16,188 bases of DNA from the IMG/VR virus record IMGVR_UViG_2740892005_000001; one strand, written 5' to 3'. This document shows positions 1 to 8,567 of the stretch, piece by piece (position 1 is the first letter of the stretch; every line of letters starts with the position of its first letter). A program made the position numbers and the translations under genes. The notes under the pieces are model-generated. The model saw nothing but the letters and a program-made list of their open reading frames with translations. It made no database searches and was not told the origin of the DNA. The stretch comes from a virus (Duplodnaviria; Heunggongvirae; Uroviricota; Caudoviricetes).

Positions 1-173
1 CCCCTGGTATGACCGTGGAAACGGCCCGCCGCATTCTGGCAGTTGCACCACAGAGTGCACAGGCGCGCAGTGACACTGCGCTGGATCGTCTGATGCAGGG
101 GGCACCGGCACCGCTGGCTGCAGGTAACCTGGCATCTGATGCCGTTAACGATTTGCTGAACACACCAGTGTAA
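1..173 (+). CDS. Nu3: 3' end of the capsid protease/scaffold gene (lambda C / Nu3 equivalent), truncated by the window start
   Basis: Open frame from the window edge (codons in phase with position 3) ending ...DAVNDLLNTPV then TAA at 171-173. It stops 9 nt before the D start codon, the same spacing as Nu3-D in lambda. Identification is by position and gene order; only 57 codons are visible. Confidence 0.65.
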   Translation, partial: PGMTVETARRILAVAPQSAQARSDTALDRLMQGAPAPLAAGNLASDAVNDLLNTPV

Positions 174-182
174 GGGATGTTT

Positions 183-515
183 ATGACGAGCAAAGAAACC
201 TTTACCCATTACCAGCCGCTGGGCAACAGTGACCCGGCTCATACCGCAACCGCGCCCGGCGGATTGAGTGCGAAAGCGCCTGCAATGACCCCGCTGATGC
301 TGGACACCTCCAGCCGTAAGCTGGTTGCGTGGGATGGCACCACCGACGGTGCTGCCGTTGGCATTCTTGCGGTTGCTGCTGACCAGACCAGCACCACGCT
401 GACGTTCTACAAGTCCGGCACGTTCCGTTATGAGGATGTGCTCTGGCCGGAGGCTGCCAGCGACGAGACGAAAAAACGGACCGCGTTTGCCGGAACGGCA
501 ATCAGCATCGTTTAA
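183..515 (+). CDS. D: Head decoration protein gpD
   Basis: The ORF track 177..515 translation contains [27 protein letters not shown]...GTAISIV, which matches my memory of lambda gpD (110 aa) nearly residue for residue. I place the start at the second ATG (183) because lambda gpD begins MTSKETF and an AAGGG sits 5-9 nt upstream. Confidence 0.95.
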   Translation: MTSKETFTHYQPLGNSDPAHTATAPGGLSAKAPAMTPLMLDTSSRKLVAWDGTTDGAAVGILAVAADQTSTTLTFYKSGTFRYEDVLWPEAASDETKKRTAFAGTAISIV

Positions 516-532
516 CTTTACCCTTCATCACT

Positions 533-557
533 AAAGGCCGCCTGTGCGGCTTTTTTT
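533..557 (+). terminator. GC-rich hairpin followed by a T7 run between D and E (terminator-like or RNA-stability element)
   Basis: AAAGGCCGC-CTGT-GCGGCTTTTTTT: a stem of about 9 bp with one G-U pair, a 4-nt loop, then seven T's. It lies in the 55-nt D-E intergenic gap. Confidence 0.35.
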
Positions 558-570
558 ACGGGATTTTTTT

Positions 571-1596
571 ATGTCGATGTACACAACCGCCCAGCTGCTG
601 GCGGCAAATGAGCAGAAATTTAAGTTTGATCCGCTGTTTCTGCGTCTCTTTTTCCGTGAGAGCTATCCCTTCACCACGGAGAAAGTCTATCTCTCACAAA
701 TTCCGGGACTGGTAAACATGGCGCTGTACGTTTCGCCGATTGTTTCCGGTGAGGTTATCCGTTCCCGTGGCGGCTCCACCTCTGAATTTACGCCGGGATA
801 TGTCAAGCCGAAGCATGAAGTGAATCCGCAGATGACCCTGCGTCGCCTGCCGGATGAAGATCCGCAGAATCTGGTGGACCCGGCTTACCGCCGCCGTCGC
901 ATCATCATGCAGAACATGCGTGACGAAGAGCTGGCCATTGCTCAGGTCGAAGAGATGCAGGCAGTTTCTGCCGTGCTTAAGGGCAAATACACCATGACCG
1001 GTGAAGCCTTCGATCCGGTTGAGGTGGATATGGGCCGCAGTGAGGAGAATAACATCACGCAGTCCGGCGGCACGGAGTGGAGCAAGCGTGACAAGTCCAC
1101 GTATGACCCGACCGACGATATCGAAGCCTACGCGCTGAACGCCAGCGGTGTGGTGAATATCATCGTGTTCGATCCGAAAGGCTGGGCGCTGTTCCGTTCC
1201 TTCAAAGCCGTCAAGGAGAAGCTGGATACCCGTCGTGGTTCTAATTCCGAGCTGGAGACAGCGGTGAAAGACCTGGGTAAAGCGGTGTCCTATAAGGGGA
1301 TGTATGGCGATGTGGCCATCGTCGTGTATTCCGGACAGTACGTGGAAAACGGCGTCAAAAAGAACTTCCTGCCGGACAACACGATGGTGCTGGGGAACAC
1401 TCAGGCACGCGGTCTGCGCACCTATGGCTGCATTCAGGATGCGGACGCACAGCTCGAAGGCATTAACGCCTCTGCCCGTTACCCGAAAAACTGGGTGACC
1501 ACCGGCGATCCGGCGCGTGAGTTCACCATGATTCAGTCAGCACCGCTGATGCTGCTGGCTGACCCTGATGAGTTCGTGTCCGTACAACTGGCGTAA
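571..1596 (+). CDS. E: Major capsid protein gpE
   Basis: Translation MSMYTTAQLLAANEQKFKFDPLFLRLFF...EFVSVQLA is 341 aa from the ATG at 571 and matches lambda gpE. The 544 start in the ORF track is a GTG-initiated upstream extension that would overlap the hairpin, so I reject it. Confidence 0.96.
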   Translation: MSMYTTAQLLAANEQKFKFDPLFLRLFFRESYPFTTEKVYLSQIPGLVNMALYVSPIVSGEVIRSRGGSTSEFTPGYVKPKHEVNPQMTLRRLPDEDPQNLVDPAYRRRRIIMQNMRDEELAIAQVEEMQAVSAVLKGKYTMTGEAFDPVEVDMGRSEENNITQSGGTEWSKRDKSTYDPTDDIEAYALNASGVVNIIVFDPKGWALFRSFKAVKEKLDTRRGSNSELETAVKDLGKAVSYKGMYGDVAIVVYSGQYVENGVKKNFLPDNTMVLGNTQARGLRTYGCIQDADAQLEGINASARYPKNWVTTGDPAREFTMIQSAPLMLLADPDEFVSVQLA

Positions 1597-1637
1597 TCAT
1601 GGCCCTTCGGGGCCATTGTTTCTCTGTGGAGGAGTCC

Positions 1638-2036
1638 ATGACGAAAGATGAACTGATTGCCCGTCTCCGCTCGCTGGGTGAACAACTGAACCGTGATGTC
1701 AGCCTGACGGGGACGAAAGAAGAACTGGCGCTCCGTGTGGCAGAGCTGGAAGAGGAGCTTGATGACACGGATGAAACTGCCGGTCAGGACACCCCTCTCA
1801 GCCGGGAAAATGTGCTGACCGGACATGAAAATGAGGTGGGATCAGCGCAGCCGGATACCGTGATTCTGGATACGTCTGAACTGGTCACGGTCGTGGCACT
1901 GGTGACGCTGCATACTGATGCACTTCACGCCACGCGGGATGAACCTGTGGCATTTGTGCTTCCGGGAACGGCGTTCCGTGTCTCTGCCGGTGTGGCAGCC
2001 GAAATGACAGAACGTGGCCTGGCCAGAATGCAATAA
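1638..2036 (+). CDS. FI: DNA-packaging / head completion protein gpFI
   Basis: From the ATG at 1638 (GGAGGAG RBS just upstream) the product is MTKDELIARLRSLGEQLNRDVSLTGTKEELALRVAEL..., 132 aa, matching lambda gpFI. The ORF-track start at 1599 adds 13 residues absent from lambda. Confidence 0.93.
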   Translation: MTKDELIARLRSLGEQLNRDVSLTGTKEELALRVAELEEELDDTDETAGQDTPLSRENVLTGHENEVGSAQPDTVILDTSELVTVVALVTLHTDALHATRDEPVAFVLPGTAFRVSAGVAAEMTERGLARMQ

Positions 2037-2047
2037 CGGGAGGCGCT

Positions 2048-2401
2048 GTGGCTGATTTCGATAACCTGTTCGATGCTGCCATTGTCCGCGCCGATGAAAC
2101 GATACGCGGGTACATGGGAACGTCAGCCACCATGACATCCGGTGAGCAGTCCGGCGCAGTAATACGTGGTGTTTTTGATGACCCTGAAAATATCAGCTAT
2201 GCCGGACAGGGCGTGCGCGTTGAAGGCTCCAGCCCGTCCCTGTTTGTCCGGACTGATGATGTGCGGCAGCTGCGGCGCGGCGACACGCTGACCATCGGTG
2301 AGGAAAACTTCTGGATAGACCGGATTTCGACGGATGATGGCGGAAGCTGTCATCTCTGGCTTGGGCGTGGCGTGCCGCCTGCCGTTAACCGTCGTCGCTG
2401 A
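2048..2401 (+). CDS. FII: Head-tail joining protein gpFII
   Basis: GTG-initiated ORF of 117 aa, MADFDNLFDAAIVRADETIRGYMGTSAT...VPPAVNRRR, matching lambda gpFII. An AGG is present upstream. Confidence 0.93.
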   Translation: MADFDNLFDAAIVRADETIRGYMGTSATMTSGEQSGAVIRGVFDDPENISYAGQGVRVEGSSPSLFVRTDDVRQLRRGDTLTIGEENFWIDRISTDDGGSCHLWLGRGVPPAVNRRR

Positions 2402-2412
2402 AGGGGGGATGT

Positions 2413-2991
2413 ATGGCCATAAAAGGTCTTGAGCAGGCCGTTGAAAACCTCAGCCGTATCAGCAGAACGGCGGTGCCCGGTGCCGCCGCAATGGCCATTA
2501 ACCGCGTTGCTTCATCCGCGATATCGCAGTCGGCGTCACAGGTTGCCCGTGAGACAAAGGTACGCCGGAAACTGGTAAAGGAAAGGGCCAGGCTGAAAAG
2601 GGCCACGGTCAAAAATCCGCAGGCCAGAATCAAGGTTAACCGGGGGGATTTGCCCGTAATCAGGCTGGGTAACGCGCGGGTTGTCCTGTCCCGACGCAGG
2701 CGTCGTAAAAAGGGGCAGCGTTCATCCCTGAAAGGTGGCGACAGCGTGCTTGTGGTGGGAAACCGTCGTATTCCCGGCGCGTTTATTCAGCAACTGAAAA
2801 ATGGCCGATGGCATGTCATGCAGCGTGTGGCCGGGAAAAACCGTTACCCCATTGATGTGGTGAAAATCCCGATGGCAGTGCCGCTGACCACGGCGTTTAA
2901 ACAGAATATTGAGCGGATACGGCGTGAACGTCTTCCGAAAGAGCTGGGCTATGCGCTGCAGCATCAACTGAGGATGGTAATAAAGCGATGA
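2413..2991 (+). CDS. Z: Tail completion protein gpZ
   Basis: 192 aa, MAIKGLEQAVENLSRISRTAVPGAAAMAINRV..., matching lambda gpZ in length and sequence. GGGGGGATG upstream serves as RBS. Confidence 0.93.
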   Translation: MAIKGLEQAVENLSRISRTAVPGAAAMAINRVASSAISQSASQVARETKVRRKLVKERARLKRATVKNPQARIKVNRGDLPVIRLGNARVVLSRRRRRKKGQRSSLKGGDSVLVVGNRRIPGAFIQQLKNGRWHVMQRVAGKNRYPIDVVKIPMAVPLTTAFKQNIERIRRERLPKELGYALQHQLRMVIKR

Positions 2992-3383
2992 AACATACAG
3001 AACTCCGTGCAGCCGTACTGGATGCACTGGAAAAACATGACACCGGGGCGACGCTTTTTGATGGTCGCCCCGCTGTTTTTGATGAGGAGGATTTTCCGGC
3101 AGTTGCCGTTTATCTCACCGGCGCTGAATACACGGGCGAAGAGCTGGACAGCGATACCTGGCAGGCGGAGCTGCATATTGAAGTTTTCCTGCCTGCTCAG
3201 GTGCCGGATTCAGAGCTGGATTCGTGGATGGAGTCCCGGATTTATCCGGTGATGAGCGATGTCCCGGCACTGTCAGATTTGATCACCAGTATGGTGGCCA
3301 GTGGCTATGACTACCGGCGCGACGATGATGCGGGCCTGTGGAGTTCAGCCGATCTGACTTATGTCATTACCTATGAAATGTGA
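2988..3383 (+). CDS. U: Tail terminator protein gpU
   Basis: 131 aa, [45 protein letters not shown]..., matching lambda gpU. The start overlaps the Z stop as ATGA. Confidence 0.94.
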   Translation: MKHTELRAAVLDALEKHDTGATLFDGRPAVFDEEDFPAVAVYLTGAEYTGEELDSDTWQAELHIEVFLPAQVPDSELDSWMESRIYPVMSDVPALSDLITSMVASGYDYRRDDDAGLWSSADLTYVITYEM

Positions 3384-3390
3384 GGACGAT

Positions 3391-4131
3391 ATGCCTGTAC
3401 CAAATCCAGTAATGCCGGTGAAAGGGGCCGGGACCACCCTGTGGGTTTATAAGGGGAACGGTGACCCTTATGCGAACCCGCTTTCAGACGTTGACTGGTC
3501 GCGTCTGGCTAAAGTTAAAGACCTGACGCCCGGCGAACTGAGCGCTGAGTCCTATGACGACAGCTATCTCGATGATGAAGATGCGGACTGGACTGCGACC
3601 GGGCAGGGGCAGAAATCTGCCGGAGATACCAGCTTCACGCTGGCGTGGATGCCCGGAGAGCAGGGGCAGCAGGCGCTGCTGGCGTGGTTTAATGAAGGGG
3701 ATACCCGTGCCTATAAAATCCGCTTCCCGAACGGCACGGTCGATGTGTTCCGCGGCTGGGTCAGCAGTATCGGTAAGGCGGTGACGGCGAAGGAAGTGAT
3801 CACCCGCACGGTGAAAGTCACCAACGTGGGACGTCCGTCGATGGCAGAAGATCGCAGCACGGTGACGGCGACAACCGGCATGACGGTGACACCCGCCAGT
3901 GCTTCCGTAGTGAAAGGGCAGAGCACTACGCTGACCGTGGCATTCCAGCCGGAGGGCGCAACCGACAAGAGCTTCCGTGCGGTGTCTGCGGATAAAACAA
4001 AAGCCACCGTGTCGGTCAGCGGTATGACCATCACCGTGAACGGCGTTGCTGCAGGCAAGGTCAACATTCCGGTTGTATCCGGTAATGGTGAGTTTGCTGC
4101 GGTTGCAGAAATCACCGTCACCGCCAGTTAA
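3391..4131 (+). CDS. V: Major tail tube protein gpV, with C-terminal Ig-like (Big_2-type) domain
   Basis: From the ATG at 3391 the product is 246 aa, [36 protein letters not shown]..., matching lambda gpV. The C-terminal ~90 residues ([25 protein letters not shown]...ITVTAS) have the Thr/Val-rich beta pattern of the known gpV Ig-like domain. The ORF-track start at 3361 lies inside U. Confidence 0.94.
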   Translation: MPVPNPVMPVKGAGTTLWVYKGNGDPYANPLSDVDWSRLAKVKDLTPGELSAESYDDSYLDDEDADWTATGQGQKSAGDTSFTLAWMPGEQGQQALLAWFNEGDTRAYKIRFPNGTVDVFRGWVSSIGKAVTAKEVITRTVKVTNVGRPSMAEDRSTVTATTGMTVTPASASVVKGQSTTLTVAFQPEGATDKSFRAVSADKTKATVSVSGMTITVNGVAAGKVNIPVVSGNGEFAAVAEITVTAS

Positions 4132-4146
4132 TCCGGAGAGTCAGCG

Positions 4147-4569
4147 ATGTTCCTGAAAACCGAATCATTTGAATATAACGGCGTGACCGTCACGCTTTCT
4201 GAACTGTCAGCCCTGCAGCGTATTGAGCATCTTGCCCTGATGAAACGGCAGGCAGAACCGGCGGGATCCGACAGCAACCGGCAGGTTACTGTGGAAGACG
4301 TCATCAGAACCGGCGCGTTTCTGGTGGCGATGTCCCTGTGGCATAACCATCCGAAGAAGACGCAGATGCCGTCCATGAATGAAGCCGTTAAACAGATTGA
4401 GCAGGAAGTGCTTACCACCTGGCCCACAGAGGCAATTTCTCATGCTGAAAACGTGGTGTACCGGCTGTCCGGTATGTATGAGTTTGTGGTGAATAATGCC
4501 CCCGAACAGGCAGAGGACGCCGGGCCTGCAGAGCCTGTTTCTGCGGGAAAGTGTTCGACGGTGAGCTGA
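4147..4569 (+). CDS. G: Tail assembly chaperone gpG
   Basis: 140 aa, MFLKTESFEYNGVTVTLSELSALQRIEHLALMKRQAEP...SAGKCSTVS, matching lambda gpG. GGAGAG RBS upstream. Confidence 0.94.
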   Translation: MFLKTESFEYNGVTVTLSELSALQRIEHLALMKRQAEPAGSDSNRQVTVEDVIRTGAFLVAMSLWHNHPKKTQMPSMNEAVKQIEQEVLTTWPTEAISHAENVVYRLSGMYEFVVNNAPEQAEDAGPAEPVSAGKCSTVS

Positions 4570-4985
4570 GTTTTGCCCTGAAACTGGCGCGTGAGATGGG
4601 GCGACCCGACTGGCGTGCCATGCTTGCCGGGATGTCATCCACGGAGTATGCCGACTGGCACCGCTTTTACAGTACCCATTATTTTCATGATGTTCTGCTG
4701 GATATGCACTTTTCCGGGCTGACGTACACCGTGCTCAGCCTGTTTTTCAGCGATCCGGATATGCATCCGCTGGATTTCAGTCTGCTGAACCGGCGCGAGG
4801 CTGACGAAGAGCCTGAAGATGATGTGCTGATGCAGAAAGCGGCAGGGCTTGCCGGAGGTGTCCGCTTTGGCCCGGACGGGAATGAAGTTATCCCCGCTTC
4901 CCCGGATGTGGCGGACATGACGGAGGATGACGTAATGCTGATGACAGTATCAGAAGGGATCGCAGGAGGAGTCCGGTATGGCTGA
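4147..4985 (+). CDS. T: Tail assembly chaperone fusion gpG-T, made by a programmed -1 frameshift at 4545-4551
   Basis: The T reading frame (ORF track 4551..4985, ...FDGELSFALKLAREMGRPDWRAMLAGM...) has no convincing RBS of its own and lies in the -1 frame relative to G. The slippery heptamer G GGA AAG sits at 4545-4551, 18 nt before the G stop. The predicted fusion is about 279 aa, the size known for lambda gpGT. Confidence 0.9.
4545..4551 (+). other. Programmed -1 ribosomal frameshift slippery heptamer (G GGA AAG)
   Basis: The heptamer GGGAAAG is read directly in the sequence, in the correct phase of G (GGA at 4546-4548, AAG at 4549-4551). It is the canonical lambda G-T slip site. Confidence 0.88.
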
Positions 4986-7539
4986 ACCGGTAGGCGATCT
5001 GGTCGTTGATTTGAGTCTGGATGCGGCCAGATTTGACGAGCAGATGGCCAGAGTCAGGCGTCATTTTTCCGGTACGGAAAGTGATGCGAAAAAAACAGCG
5101 GCAGTCGTTGAACAGTCGCTGAGCCGACAGGCGCTGGCTGCACAGAAAGCGGGGATTTCCGTCGGGCAGTATAAAGCCGCCATGCGTATGCTGCCTGCAC
5201 AGTTCACCGACGTGGCCACGCAGCTTGCAGGCGGGCAAAGTCCGTGGCTGATCCTGCTGCAACAGGGGGGGCAGGTGAAGGACTCCTTCGGCGGGATGAT
5301 CCCCATGTTCAGGGGGCTTGCCGGTGCGATCACCCTGCCGATGGTGGGGGCCACCTCGCTGGCGGTGGCGACCGGTGCGCTGGCGTATGCCTGGTATCAG
5401 GGCAACTCAACCCTGTCCGATTTCAACAAAACGCTGGTCCTTTCCGGCAATCAGGCGGGTCTGACGGCAGATCGTATGCTGGTCCTGTCCAGAGCCGGGC
5501 AGGCGGCAGGGCTGACGTTTAACCAGACCAGCGAGTCACTCAGCGCACTGGTTAAGGCGGGGGTAAGCGGTGAGGCTCAGATTGCGTCCATCAGCCAGAG
5601 TGTGGCGCGTTTCTCCTCTGCATCCGGCGTGGAGGTGGACAAGGTCGCTGAAGCCTTCGGGAAGCTGACCACAGACCCGACGTCGGGGCTGACGGCGATG
5701 GCACGCCAGTTCCATAACGTGACGGCGGAGCAGATTGCGTATGTTGCTCAGTTGCAGCGTTCCGGCGATGAAGCCGGGGCATTGCAGGCGGCGAACGAGG
5801 CCGCAACGAAAGGGTTTGATGACCAGACCCGCCGCCTGAAAGAGAACATGGGCACGCTGGAGACCTGGGCAGACAGGACTGCGCGGGCATTCAAATCCAT
5901 GTGGGATGCGGTGCTGGATATTGGTCGTCCTGATACCGCGCAGGAGATGCTGATTAAGGCAGAGGCTGCGTTTAAGAAAGCAGACGACATCTGGAATCTG
6001 CGCAAGGATGATTATTTTGTTAACGATGAAGCGCGGGCGCGTTACTGGGATGATCGTGAAAAGGCCCGTCTTGCGCTTGAAGCCGCCCGAAAGAAGGCTG
6101 AACAGCAGAGTCAACAGGACAAAAATGCGCAGCAGCAGAGCGATACCGAAGCGTCACGGCTGAAATATACCGAAGAGGCGCAGAAGGCTTACGAACGGCT
6201 GCAGACGCCGCTGGAGAAATATGCCGCCCGTCAGGAAGAACTGAATAAGGCCCTGAAAGACGGAAAAATCCTGCAGGCAGATTACAACACGCTGATGGCG
6301 GCAGCGAAAAAGGACTATGAAACGACACTGAAAAAGCCGAAGCAGTCCGGCGTGAAGGTGTCTGCGGGCGATCGTCAGGAAGACAGTGCTCATGCTGCCC
6401 TGCTGACGCTTCAGGCTGAACTCCGGACGCTGGAGAAGCATGCCGGAGCAAATGAGAAAATCAGCCAGCAGCGCCGGGATTTGTGGAAGGCGGAGAGTCA
6501 GTTCGCGGTACTGGAGGAGGCGGCGCAACGTCGCCAGCTGTCTGTACAGGAGAAATCCCTGCTGGCGCATAAAGATGAGACGCTGGAGTACAAACGCCAG
6601 CTGGCTGCACTTGGCGACAAGGTTACGTATCAGGAGCGCCTGAACGCGCTGGCGCAGCAGGCGGATAAATTCGCACAGCAGCAACGGGCAAAACGGGCCG
6701 CCATTGATGCGAAAAGCCGGGGGCTGACTGACCGGCAGGCAGAACGGGAAGCCACGGAACAGCGCCTGAAGGAACAGTATGGCGATAATCCGCTGGCGCT
6801 GAATAACGTCATGTCAGAGCAGAAAAAGACCTGGGCGGCTGAAGACCAGCTTCGCGGGAACTGGATGGCAGGCCTGAAGTCCGGCTGGAGTGAGTGGGAA
6901 GAGAGCGCCACGGACAGTATGTCGCAGGTAAAAAGTGCAGCCACGCAGACCTTTGATGGTATTGCACAGAATATGGCGGCGATGCTGACCGGCAGTGAGC
7001 AGAACTGGCGCAGCTTCACCCGTTCCGTGCTGTCCATGATGACAGAAATTCTGCTTAAGCAGGCAATGGTGGGGATTGTCGGGAGTATCGGCAGCGCCAT
7101 TGGCGGGGCTGTTGGTGGCGGCGCATCCGCGTCAGGCGGTACAGCCATTCAGGCCGCTGCGGCGAAATTCCATTTTGCAACCGGAGGATTTACGGGAACC
7201 GGCGGCAAATATGAGCCAGCGGGGATTGTTCACCGTGGTGAGTTTGTCTTCACGAAGGAGGCAACCAGCCGGATTGGCGTGGGGAATCTTTACCGGCTGA
7301 TGCGCGGCTATGCCACCGGCGGTTATGTCGGTACACCGGGCAGCATGGCAGACAGCCGGTCGCAGGCGTCCGGGACGTTTGAGCAGAATAACCATGTGGT
7401 GATTAACAACGACGGCACGAACGGGCAGATAGGTCCGGCTGCTCTGAAGGCGGTGTATGACATGGCCCGCAAGGGTGCCCGTGATGAAATTCAGACACAG
7501 ATGCGTGATGGTGGCCTGTTCTCCGGAGGTGGACGATGA
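4978..7539 (+). CDS. H: Tail tape measure protein gpH
   Basis: 853 aa, the exact length of lambda gpH. N-terminus MAEPVGDLVVDLSLDAARFDEQMARVRRHF; long central helical, charged region typical of tape measure proteins; Gly-rich C-terminal part. The start overlaps the end of T by 8 nt. Confidence 0.95.
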   Translation: MAEPVGDLVVDLSLDAARFDEQMARVRRHFSGTESDAKKTAAVVEQSLSRQALAAQKAGISVGQYKAAMRMLPAQFTDVATQLAGGQSPWLILLQQGGQVKDSFGGMIPMFRGLAGAITLPMVGATSLAVATGALAYAWYQGNSTLSDFNKTLVLSGNQAGLTADRMLVLSRAGQAAGLTFNQTSESLSALVKAGVSGEAQIASISQSVARFSSASGVEVDKVAEAFGKLTTDPTSGLTAMARQFHNVTAEQIAYVAQLQRSGDEAGALQAANEAATKGFDDQTRRLKENMGTLETWADRTARAFKSMWDAVLDIGRPDTAQEMLIKAEAAFKKADDIWNLRKDDYFVNDEARARYWDDREKARLALEAARKKAEQQSQQDKNAQQQSDTEASRLKYTEEAQKAYERLQTPLEKYAARQEELNKALKDGKILQADYNTLMAAAKKDYETTLKKPKQSGVKVSAGDRQEDSAHAALLTLQAELRTLEKHAGANEKISQQRRDLWKAESQFAVLEEAAQRRQLSVQEKSLLAHKDETLEYKRQLAALGDKVTYQERLNALAQQADKFAQQQRAKRAAIDAKSRGLTDRQAEREATEQRLKEQYGDNPLALNNVMSEQKKTWAAEDQLRGNWMAGLKSGWSEWEESATDSMSQVKSAATQTFDGIAQNMAAMLTGSEQNWRSFTRSVLSMMTEILLKQAMVGIVGSIGSAIGGAVGGGASASGGTAIQAAAAKFHFATGGFTGTGGKYEPAGIVHRGEFVFTKEATSRIGVGNLYRLMRGYATGGYVGTPGSMADSRSQASGTFEQNNHVVINNDGTNGQIGPAALKAVYDMARKGARDEIQTQMRDGGLFSGGGR

Positions 7540-7865
7540 AGACCTTCCGCTGGAAAGTGAAACCCGGTATGGATGTGGCTTCGGTCCCTTCTGTAAGAAA
7601 GGTGCGCTTTGGTGATGGCTATTCTCAGCGAGCGCCTGCCGGGCTGAATGCCAACCTGAAAACGTACAGCGTGACGCTTTCTGTCCCCCGTGAGGAGGCC
7701 ACGGTACTGGAGTCGTTTCTGGAAGAGCACGGGGGCTGGAAATCCTTTCTGTGGACGCCGCCTTATGAGTGGCAGCAGATAAAGGTGACCTGCGCAAAAT
7801 GGTCGTCGCGGGTCAGTATGCTGCGTGTTGAGTTCAGCGCAGAGTTTGAACAGGTGGTGAACTGA
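7536..7865 (+). CDS. M: Tail tip protein gpM
   Basis: 109 aa, MKTFRWKVKPGMDVASVPSVRKVRFGDGYSQRA..., matching lambda gpM. ATGA overlap with the H stop. Confidence 0.94.
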   Translation: MKTFRWKVKPGMDVASVPSVRKVRFGDGYSQRAPAGLNANLKTYSVTLSVPREEATVLESFLEEHGGWKSFLWTPPYEWQQIKVTCAKWSSRVSMLRVEFSAEFEQVVN

Positions 7866-8563
7866 TGCAGGATATCCGGCAGGAAACACTGAATGAATGC
7901 ACCCGTGCGGAGCAGTCGGCCAGCGTGGTGCTCTGGGAAATCGACCTGACAGAGGTCGGTGGAGAACGTTATTTTTTCTGTAATGAGCAGAACGAAAAAG
8001 GTGAGCCGGTCACCTGGCAGGGGCGACAGTATCAGCCGTATCCCATTCAGGGGAGCGGTTTTGAACTGAATGGCAAAGGCACCAGTACGCGCCCCACGCT
8101 GACGGTTTCTAACCTGTACGGTATGGTCACCGGGATGGCGGAAGATCTGCAGAGTCTGGTCGGCGGAACGGTGGTCCGGCGTAAGGTTTACGCCCGTTTT
8201 CTGGATGCGGTGAACTTCGTCAACGGAAACAGTTATGCCGATCCGGAGCAGGAGGTGATCAGCCGCTGGCGCATTGAGCAGTGCAGCGAACTGAGCGCGG
8301 TGAGTGCCTCCTTTGTACTGTCCACGCCGACGGAAACGGATGGCGCTGTTTTTCCGGGACGTATCATGCTGGCCAACACCTGCACCTGGACCTATCGCGG
8401 TGACGAGTGCGGTTATAGCGGTCCGGCTGTCGCGGATGAATATGACCAGCCAACGTCCGATATCACGAAGGATAAATGCAGCAAATGCCTGAGCGGTTGT
8501 AAGTTCCGCAATAACGTCGGCAACTTTGGCGGCTTCCTTTCCATTAACAAACTTTCGCAGTAA
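7865..8563 (+). CDS. L: Tail tip protein gpL (Cys-cluster, Fe-S type)
   Basis: 232 aa, MQDIRQETLNECTRAEQSASVVLWEIDLTEVGGERYFF..., matching lambda gpL. C-terminal cysteine cluster C-x-W-x-Y-R-G-D-E-C ... C-S-K-C-L-S-G-C. The start shares one nucleotide with the M stop (TGATG). Confidence 0.94.
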   Translation: MQDIRQETLNECTRAEQSASVVLWEIDLTEVGGERYFFCNEQNEKGEPVTWQGRQYQPYPIQGSGFELNGKGTSTRPTLTVSNLYGMVTGMAEDLQSLVGGTVVRRKVYARFLDAVNFVNGNSYADPEQEVISRWRIEQCSELSAVSASFVLSTPTETDGAVFPGRIMLANTCTWTYRGDECGYSGPAVADEYDQPTSDITKDKCSKCLSGCKFRNNVGNFGGFLSINKLSQ

Positions 8564-8567
8564 TCCC

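Noticed and set aside
177-182. Upstream start codons extending D (177), E (544), FI (1599), V (3361), K (8526) and stf (13446) as listed in the ORF track
   Set aside because: Each extension either overlaps the preceding gene or a hairpin, lacks an RBS, or adds residues absent from the lambda homologue. Internal ATG or GTG starts with better RBS spacing were chosen.
5536-7148. Several minus-strand ORFs (192, 176, 172, 143 aa) within H
   Set aside because: Antisense to the 853-aa tape measure gene. No recognisable protein features or start signals.
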